The notes under the pieces were generated by a model, which was not told the origin of the DNA, ran no database searches, and saw only the letters and a list, made by a program, of their open reading frames with translations. A stretch of DNA of 64,000 bases from an uncultured Gammaproteobacteria bacterium. Its GTDB lineage: Bacteria > Patescibacteriota > Microgenomatia > Daviesbacterales > UBA10151. The translations under genes were made by a program, and so were the position numbers. Shown one piece after another: positions 57,545 to 64,000 of the stretch; within the stretch, counting starts at the first letter, position 1; each line of letters opens with the position of its first letter. Location of the stretch: positions 64,503 to 128,502 of the forward strand of contig CAZAZW010000002.1 in the NCBI GenBank assembly GCA_964489875.1, given 5' to 3'.

Positions 57545-58246
57545 ATGTCTAAATTTCCCATCATTAAAACTTCTGCGATTTTAATTGGTCTTTCAATGCT
57601 TGCCGTAGTCATTTATCCTGCTCTTGCCGAAGATGGAACTACCTCAGCGGTTAGACCTGCTGTTAGGAAAAATCAACTTGTTCAGGAAAGGATAGAGGCG
57701 AGAAGGGAAAATATCCAGGATAAAATAGCAGCATTAAGAGAAAAAATTGCCTCCAAAGAAGCAGCCCTTCGCTTAAGACTACAAGAATTTAGAGATAAGA
57801 AGAAGGCGGAAACAGCAGAAAGGGTTAATACCAACTTAAATAGGATAAATCAAAACCGTACTACCCAGATGCAAAAGCACTTAGAAAAAATGTCGGAGAT
57901 TTTGGACAAGCTGGAAAACAGGGTCAATCAAGCTAAACCGGACATAAAGGATCCGGCAACAGCCAAAGCTGCCATTGCGGCTGCCAAACTTAGTATTTCT
58001 ACAGCATCGGCTTCTGTATCCGCTCAAGCATTAAAGGATTATACAATTGTGGTAACGACCGAGAGCAGAATTGGAGTAGATGCCAAAATTCAAAGAGACA
58101 AGCTGCATACAGATCTTGTAGCCCTAAGGAGATTAGTTATAGATGCAAAACAGGCTGTTGCAAATGCCATTAGAGTAGCCAAATCAGGTAAAATAGGGCC
58201 TGATTTTGAGCCTGGGAAGGAGGGAACAAACAGTGGACGGGAGTAA
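57545..58246 (+). CDS. Secreted coiled-coil protein
   Basis: Signal peptide ending ALA; long charged helical region. Confidence 0.75.
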   Translation: MSKFPIIKTSAILIGLSMLAVVIYPALAEDGTTSAVRPAVRKNQLVQERIEARRENIQDKIAALREKIASKEAALRLRLQEFRDKKKAETAERVNTNLNRINQNRTTQMQKHLEKMSEILDKLENRVNQAKPDIKDPATAKAAIAAAKLSISTASASVSAQALKDYTIVVTTESRIGVDAKIQRDKLHTDLVALRRLVIDAKQAVANAIRVAKSGKIGPDFEPGKEGTNSGRE

Positions 58247-58583
58247 CCAAGCTATGCAACCACCAGCAAGTGCACCACAAGCTCCAGAGCCACAGCCAGC
58301 GGTGCCACAAGTGCCGGTATCTGAACCCCCTTCCGGTGATTCAAATAAAATGGTACTTTGGCTTGTAATAGGATTAGTTGTAGTTATTGTTTTGGTAGGA
58401 GGAATTTATTTCTTCCTAAATCAACAGCAAGCGGGAAATAGTGCACAGCAAGCTACCGAGCAGGAAGTTGTGCAAAATACACCGGATACTCTAGATGCTT
58501 TGGAAAAAGATTTAAGTACTCTTAATATAGAAGATACAGAGACTGATTTTGTTCCAATAGACCAAGATTTAGAACAACTCTAA
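58233..58583 (+). CDS. Small single-TM protein with Pro-rich N-terminus
   Basis: GTG after AGGAGG; TM helix; IDQDLEQL tail. Confidence 0.7.
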   Translation: MDGSNQAMQPPASAPQAPEPQPAVPQVPVSEPPSGDSNKMVLWLVIGLVVVIVLVGGIYFFLNQQQAGNSAQQATEQEVVQNTPDTLDALEKDLSTLNIEDTETDFVPIDQDLEQL

Positions 58584-58601
58584 AAGGACTGCCTTAAAAA
58601 T

Positions 58602-59468
58602 TTAACCTGTCAGCTTCACTCCCAGCATTCTTTCAGCAAGTCTTTTTGGAATAATCATGGCTTTCAAGCCAAAACTCTCGGCTACTTTTTCTTTATCCAC
58701 GAATGCTTCAACATCTCCGCTAAAACCTCTTCCTTCGGGCTTGGTCTTAGTCATCATCACGATCTGCGAACCCTCGAAAACAGGTTCCCAAAATCTTGTG
58801 CTGCCGATACTCTGAAACATCGGTATCCCATTTAATTCTTCGCCCAAATTAAGCGCAGTGACCGCAGCGGCTTGAGCCATTGCCTCAATCAGCTGGTCCG
58901 GCAGAAGCTTCCCTCTAAATGATCTCTCTTGGGACAACCTAACGTCTAGTCCTGCAATTTCTGCAACCACCTTTTTTCCTCTTTTAATCTCTATGACTCT
59001 AGCCTGCAGCAGAGGATCTTCTTGCTTCAGGGATATTCGAAGCTGGCTGTCCGGGAGGTCTGGGAGCACGACCCCCTTGAAGGCGACACTATCGAAACCG
59101 CGGATTTGTATTTGATCGATATGAGATTTACAGTCAAAAGTAGGGCCTGCGCGCACGGCCAGATACGCTGCTGCTGCCCTAATCACTTTATGTCCCGGAA
59201 ACACTCGAATTTCTTTAAAGTGGTCAACTGCGTGCTTAGCTGTAACATCTAGGAATCCCATAGGCACCCCATTAGAATCGAGTTCAATTCTATCTAAAGC
59301 AGGTGGATCAAATCTACGGCTGACCTGAGCTAGAGAAGGTGTATAAAGACACAATGCCATTTTAACTCCATCTAGATCTTGCTTGCCTAATCTCCTGATT
59401 CTCTCAACATAGATAGCCTTTGGTCCATAAAATCGGGCAAGTGTTTTATTTAGATACTCAACTCCCAT
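58602..59468 (-). CDS. Tandem (double) hotdog FabZ/FabA-like dehydratase
   Basis: Domain 1 LDRI...DHF..RVFPG...FKGVVLP; domain 2 LIEAMAQAA...F.EPV..G...A.VD.EKVAE. Confidence 0.72.
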   Translation of the reverse strand: MGVEYLNKTLARFYGPKAIYVERIRRLGKQDLDGVKMALCLYTPSLAQVSRRFDPPALDRIELDSNGVPMGFLDVTAKHAVDHFKEIRVFPGHKVIRAAAAYLAVRAGPTFDCKSHIDQIQIRGFDSVAFKGVVLPDLPDSQLRISLKQEDPLLQARVIEIKRGKKVVAEIAGLDVRLSQERSFRGKLLPDQLIEAMAQAAAVTALNLGEELNGIPMFQSIGSTRFWEPVFEGSQIVMMTKTKPEGRGFSGDVEAFVDKEKVAESFGLKAMIIPKRLAERMLGVKLTG

Positions 59469-59539
59469 AGGTTGTGACTTTAGCAGGAATAGTTTTGTTT
59501 TTCAACATTTCTGAGCGGGCAAGGAAAATTTAAGAAATA

Positions 59540-60121
59540 CTATTTCTTTTTTGAGGATTTTTTCTTAGCAACTTTTACTTTTTCTTCAACAACCTGTTCT
59601 TCGATCGGTTGGTCAGATGCGCCGTCAATCACTATTTCCTCAGCAACTACCGGAGCTACTTTCTCAAAAGCATTAGGAGCTAGCAGTATTAATATTTTAT
59701 CCAGTTTATTATTTAACTCTGCAAGCTGATCTTTGTATTGAGGCTGAACTTGATCACTATTTCTGTTTCCGGCTCCCTTTTTCTCTCCAAAACAATTGCT
59801 ACAATAAACCGGCTTTCCGCCACTTGGTTGAAAAGGCACTTTGCAACTTTGTCCACACTCATCGCAAACTGCTTCAAACATTTGTCGGTCGTCAGAAGAG
59901 GTGGGTCTTCTGGAATCAGAACCCCGGTTATTTTGAAAACAATCACTGCAAAAAATAGGCTTACCGCTGGTTGGCCGGAAAGGCACTTCACAATTCTTTC
60001 TGCAATTGTCACAAACTGCCTGATGCATTTCCACAGGCCCTCTTGAACCTCGGTCACTAAAGCCTCTTCTTTCAAAGCCCCTGCCTCCACCGGATCTGCT
60101 ACCACGATTAAAATTTCCCAT
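59540..60121 (-). CDS. Tandem CxxC-x17-CxxC domain protein
   Basis: Two MxxAVCxxC...VPFxP...KPx(F/Y)CSxCF repeats. Confidence 0.9.
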   Translation of the reverse strand: MGNFNRGSRSGGGRGFERRGFSDRGSRGPVEMHQAVCDNCRKNCEVPFRPTSGKPIFCSDCFQNNRGSDSRRPTSSDDRQMFEAVCDECGQSCKVPFQPSGGKPVYCSNCFGEKKGAGNRNSDQVQPQYKDQLAELNNKLDKILILLAPNAFEKVAPVVAEEIVIDGASDQPIEEQVVEEKVKVAKKKSSKKK

Positions 60122-60187
60122 AGCATTCATTGTACCATCTAATCATTTTAAATGTGTACCCAAAAGTGAAAGAATCAAAGATTCGTG

Positions 60188-60259
60188 AGCGGGATAGGGG
60201 AGTTGCACCCCTGACATTCTGCTTGGAAAGCAGACGTTCTGCTACTGAACTAATCCCGC
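60188..60259 (-). tRNA. tRNA-Gly(TCC) with atypical D and T loops
   Basis: gcgggat acceptor, ttTCCaa loop, U73; D loop agtagca, T loop tgcaact. Confidence 0.88.
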
Positions 60260-60342
60260 TTCTCACTTCGTTCGAAGTAAACTTCTTAACCCGAAGTAAA
60301 GTTTATTTTAGCTGAAATAGGGGGCTTATTTCAAGAAAAGGA

Positions 60343-61086
60343 TTATTGAATTTCGTAGCTTAGGGTAACCATTACTTTAATTTCAGAAGATCCTGGTTCT
60401 ACTGCTGTTTCCAATTGCTGGGCCTCCGGGGCCCCGGCACTCAACCGAAGAGGCAGGGGCCGCGGTTCTCCTTCAAAGTTTTCGGAATAATTAACCATTC
60501 TGCCCAACTTAAAGCCGGCAATCTTGGCAGCGCTTTCAGCCTTGTTTTTAGCCTCCGTCACTGCTTTTTGCCTGGCTTCATTTTCTATCTTGGTTTTATC
60601 ATCCACATCAAAGCTAATTCCTCCGACTTGGTTAGCTCCACTTTCTGTAGCTTGGTCAATCACTTGGTTTACCAAATCAATGTTACGGACTTTAATATTA
60701 AGATTCGTAGATGCAGAATACCCAGTGATACGCTGTATGTTGCCTTGAAAGTCATAATTGGGATTAATATTGTAATTAGTTGTCTGGATATCCTTTTGTT
60801 CAACACCCAATTTTTTAATAGCTTCTGCCACTTTATTGATGGCAGCATTAATTTGATCCTGGGCAGCTTTGACTGTTGAACCTTGGGCCTGGATTCCTAC
60901 ATTCAAAGTGGCTATGTCCGGCTTTGCGGCCACAGACCCTTCACCAGTCACATTAAAAGTATCAGATTTGTTGGTAGTAACGCTGTTTACAGAAAAGGGT
61001 ATTGGCCCAGCAATTTTTGTATAGAGAAATAATAGGATAAAGAAAATAACTATTGGAACAACTATTACGGTAATAGATTTCATCAC
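60343..61086 (-). CDS. SIMPL (DUF541) domain protein
   Basis: VTGEG..KPDIA, DIQT..Y.I.P.YD, GANQVGGISF, A..KAE..A. Confidence 0.92.
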   Translation of the reverse strand: MMKSITVIVVPIVIFFILLFLYTKIAGPIPFSVNSVTTNKSDTFNVTGEGSVAAKPDIATLNVGIQAQGSTVKAAQDQINAAINKVAEAIKKLGVEQKDIQTTNYNINPNYDFQGNIQRITGYSASTNLNIKVRNIDLVNQVIDQATESGANQVGGISFDVDDKTKIENEARQKAVTEAKNKAESAAKIAGFKLGRMVNYSENFEGEPRPLPLRLSAGAPEAQQLETAVEPGSSEIKVMVTLSYEIQ

Positions 61087-61166
61087 TTGAACTATTGGTT
61101 AACCTTATTTTATCACACCCCAAGTTCGGTTTGTTTCTTCAAGGAAATTCCAGTATCATTTAAAGT

Positions 61167-62027
61167 ATGGCAGAAGGTGTTGATGCACAAAATCCTTCAG
61201 GACCTCAAGCATCTGTTAATCACGAAGCTAAAGAGCGGGAAGGATTACGAATAAATTTTACTATCGATAATAGACATCTGATTGCTCACACGCTTTATCG
61301 TATGGGTGAAGGGTCATTTCCTGCAACTGAACATACGGATGACTTGGTTTCGCTTCAAAACTTTGCGCGGGGAATATCTGAGAAATGTTCTGACTTTGTT
61401 GCATGGAGACTTACAGAAGAACAGTTTCTTGAATCAGGGGGAAACCTAGGCGAGGTCACAAACTTTTTACGGCAGGTAGAAAATAGCAGTGAATTTGGTA
61501 GAGTGAGGCAGCAGACCCAAGAATATCTTGAGTCTGTTAAATCTCAATGGGAAAGGAATTATCCTAAATCATCTCAGACAGTTAGTGAGCTTACAGGTTT
61601 AAATTTAAATAAAGTGGTTAGTGTTTATGTGATCCACCCAGGTTTAATGATGGGACAATACTTAGGAGATGATGCTATTGCTTGGGGTCATCCTGAGGAT
61701 TGGCAAAACTATTCTACAGTGTATTTATGGCATGAAATTCTTCACTCTTACATGGATTACACAGACTTGAGCCATGCACTGATTCAATTAGTAACTGATA
61801 ATGAATTACGTGTTCAACTAAATGAGGGAGAAACTTATCCCCCTTTTGAGGGACACGAAAATCTTTTTCCTTTAATGAATAAGTTATTACCTCATTGGCA
61901 GGCATATCTGGCTGAAATACCAGAGGGTGGGAAAAGAAATCTTTTAGCCTTTGAAGAAAGATTGAAAACTATGCCTGAATTTCGTGAGGAAAAACCAAAA
62001 GAACCTGAAACAAAAATTATTGAATAA
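61167..62027 (+). CDS. Hypothetical protein with HExxH zincin-like motif
   Basis: VYLWHEILHS. Confidence 0.65.
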   Translation: MAEGVDAQNPSGPQASVNHEAKEREGLRINFTIDNRHLIAHTLYRMGEGSFPATEHTDDLVSLQNFARGISEKCSDFVAWRLTEEQFLESGGNLGEVTNFLRQVENSSEFGRVRQQTQEYLESVKSQWERNYPKSSQTVSELTGLNLNKVVSVYVIHPGLMMGQYLGDDAIAWGHPEDWQNYSTVYLWHEILHSYMDYTDLSHALIQLVTDNELRVQLNEGETYPPFEGHENLFPLMNKLLPHWQAYLAEIPEGGKRNLLAFEERLKTMPEFREEKPKEPETKIIE

Positions 62028-62048
62028 AGCCAACCAGTGCTACAACCT

Positions 62049-62066
62049 AGTCGGGGACCAGGGAAT
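62049..62066 (-). repeat. 18-bp duplicate of the tRNA-Pro 3' end (att-like direct repeat)
   Basis: agtcggggaccagggaat is identical at 62049-62066 and 62139-62156. Confidence 0.85.
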
Positions 62067-62140
62067 AAGATAGGGTCGCCTTGAACACGTTCAATGGTGC
62101 TTCCTTCTTTATCCCTGTTCCACCTTCTTCGATGACTCAG

Positions 62141-62212
62141 TCGGGGACCAGGGAATTGAACCCTGTGCTTCTCGCTCCCAAAGCGAGCGTTCTACCGATG
62201 AACTAGTCCCCG
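62141..62212 (-). tRNA. tRNA-Pro(TGG)
   Basis: cggggac acceptor, ttTGGga loop. Confidence 0.93.
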
Positions 62213-62217
62213 GGATG

Positions 62218-62299
62218 TGCTGGTGAAGGGAGTCGAACCCTTATGCCTTTTGGGCACTCGCTCTTAAGGCGAGCGTGTATGCCATTCCACCACACCAGC
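62218..62299 (-). tRNA. tRNA-Leu(TAA)
   Basis: gctggtg acceptor, ctTAAga loop, long variable arm. Confidence 0.93.
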
Positions 62300-62365
62300 A
62301 TCCTTGGTATTGTATCAAAAAAGTATTGACAATTTAAGTATCGTACATTAATCTAAACTCCTGAT

Positions 62366-63034
62366 ATGACAAGTCTGCAGAAAAAATTATTCTTCTTGGC
62401 ACTTTTTTCTATCGTTGGTTTTATTACCCTGCAGATTCCTTTCAATAAAATCATGGGCTCAAGTGTGTCTTTTACTCTTTTTGACTTTTTTGCTCCAATG
62501 GCAGGAGGATTTTTGGGGCCGGTTTTTGGAGTAGCGTCCGTGTTCACAGTAGAGGTAATTAATTTACTTGTAAAACAAACTCCCCTGACTACAGGATCTG
62601 TTATCAGGCTGTTTCCAACTCTTTTTGCAGTTTTATACTTCGCCCTGGCTTCAAAGAAAAATTTTACCGGAAAATGGTTCCTAGCTATCCCTATGCTTTG
62701 TATCATAGCTTTTATTGTCCACCCAATAGGCAGGCAGGTGCCTTATTATGCCCTAATGTTTTGGTCCATACCGGTAATTGCTTATTTTAAAAAAGACAAT
62801 CTGTTTATTAAAAGCCTGGGATCGACCTTTACCGCTCATGCAGTAGGCGGAGCCCTCTGGATTTGGGCCTTTAATTTACCGGCAGCGGTCTGGAACGGAC
62901 TTATCCCGGTAGTGATTACAGAAAGACTCCTTTTTGCCACAGGCATTGCAGTTTCATACGTTGTAGTGAAACACACCCTTGAATTTCTCACTGCTAAGAA
63001 AATCCTTCCAAAGCTCGATATTGTCACCTCTTAA
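62366..63034 (+). CDS. ECF S-component-like membrane protein
   Basis: About six TM helices; FTLFDFFAPMAGGFLGP.FG pattern. Confidence 0.6.
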   Translation: MTSLQKKLFFLALFSIVGFITLQIPFNKIMGSSVSFTLFDFFAPMAGGFLGPVFGVASVFTVEVINLLVKQTPLTTGSVIRLFPTLFAVLYFALASKKNFTGKWFLAIPMLCIIAFIVHPIGRQVPYYALMFWSIPVIAYFKKDNLFIKSLGSTFTAHAVGGALWIWAFNLPAAVWNGLIPVVITERLLFATGIAVSYVVVKHTLEFLTAKKILPKLDIVTS

Positions 63035-63670
63035 ATGGTTTATCCAAACCTAAGGTTTCCTAAACGCACAAATAGACCCTTTTTCTATACCAACTTTGTT
63101 TCTACCGTTGACGGTAAGGTCCAAGTCTTAAAAAACACTAGAGACTATTGGCCAATAGGGAGTAAAGCCGACTATCAATTACTCTTGGAACTTCGAGCTC
63201 ATGCAGATTGCTTAATTCATGGAAAGAATCTGGCTCAGCAATTTGGAGAAACTACTCTAAAAAGCCTGGAAAACTCAGCATTTAAAAAAATGCGGAAGCA
63301 GATGGGAAAACAGCCTGCTTTACCATATTATATTATTTCTCACCGTCCCGGGGCTTTGGCAGATCTTGAACCAAGAGCAACCATTGTTTCTTCTGATCTA
63401 GCAATACTTGCCAAAAAGCTACATAAAGCCGGTCTTAGGAATGTGCTGGTTGAAGGCGGTCCACACCTTTTAACTTCATTTCTAAAGATCAATTTTATCG
63501 ATGAAATATTTTTAACAATTACCCCAAGAATTTTCGGCAATGCGCTGGGAAGCACCTTAACCTTGGTGGAAGGCTATTTATTCCCAAAAAATGCCATTAT
63601 AAATTTAAGCCTTTTGTCGGTTAAAAAGCTGGAATCCGAACTATTCTTGCATTACAAGGTAGTTGGGTAA
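63035..63670 (+). CDS. RibD C-terminal (reductase/DHFR-like) domain protein
   Basis: NFVSTVDGK, LRAHAD, VLVEGGP.L, IDEIFLTITP. Confidence 0.85.
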   Translation: MVYPNLRFPKRTNRPFFYTNFVSTVDGKVQVLKNTRDYWPIGSKADYQLLLELRAHADCLIHGKNLAQQFGETTLKSLENSAFKKMRKQMGKQPALPYYIISHRPGALADLEPRATIVSSDLAILAKKLHKAGLRNVLVEGGPHLLTSFLKINFIDEIFLTITPRIFGNALGSTLTLVEGYLFPKNAIINLSLLSVKKLESELFLHYKVVG

Positions 63671-63673
63671 AAT

Positions 63674-63934
63674 TTAGCGGTCTTCTCGAGGACGAGCAAT
63701 GTTAACAACGATCTTACGACCTTCAACATCTGTGCCGTTTAAGTTTTTGACTGCGTTTTGAGCCTCTTCATCAGAAGACATCTCAACGAAACCAAATCCT
63801 CTGGATCTGCCTGTTTCACGGTCCTTAACAACCTGTGCGCTGACAACAGTACCTGCTTGAGCAAAAAGCTGAGCAAGCCCGGCATCGTCAATAGCCCAAG
63901 GTAGCGAACCTACGAACAATTTTTTGTTATTCAA
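63674..63934 (-). CDS. RRM RNA-binding protein
   Basis: KLFVGSL (RNP2), RGFGFVEM (RNP1); GGAGGTG RBS. Confidence 0.93.
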   Translation of the reverse strand: MNNKKLFVGSLPWAIDDAGLAQLFAQAGTVVSAQVVKDRETGRSRGFGFVEMSSDEEAQNAVKNLNGTDVEGRKIVVNIARPREDR

Positions 63935-64000
63935 AAAAATTCACCTCCTTTTTTGTTTATTTGTGAAGGTGAATTACTGTATAAACACTAAACACACTCT

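Noticed and set aside
1-64000. Stop-codon reassignment (code 25)
   Set aside because: Conserved genes are intact under the standard code and several end at TGA

Overview
Chromosomal segment of a small-genome, AT-rich bacterium using the standard code. Gene content (sortase-anchored surface proteins, PT-linker proteins, CxxC-x17-CxxC protein, short UvrC, PGI/PMI) looks like Patescibacteria/CPR, probably Microgenomates; this taxonomy is inferred, not searched. It carries a sortase locus with two LPQTG substrates, an accessory block with a Doc toxin-antitoxin pair, uvrB and uvrA-uvrC-secG, typA, a glucokinase/zwf/gnd/pgi cluster, a MacAB-like ABC exporter, dinB, pyk, fhs and seven tRNAs. Top candidate system: a two-gene operon (44530-47012) pairing a HAD phosphatase/CDP-alcohol phosphatidyltransferase fusion with a Tam41-like (mitochondrial-type) CDP-diacylglycerol synthase, i.e. 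a minimal phospholipid head-group pathway in a lineage thought to scavenge lipids. Also notable: a fused double-hotdog FabZ-like protein with a split His/Glu site, a ~100-nt promoter- and terminator-bounded structured RNA, three 24-nt elements nested inside a terminator loop, in-frame heptamer repeats in all three uvr genes, and a duplicated dinB 5' end. All family assignments come from motif recognition by eye.
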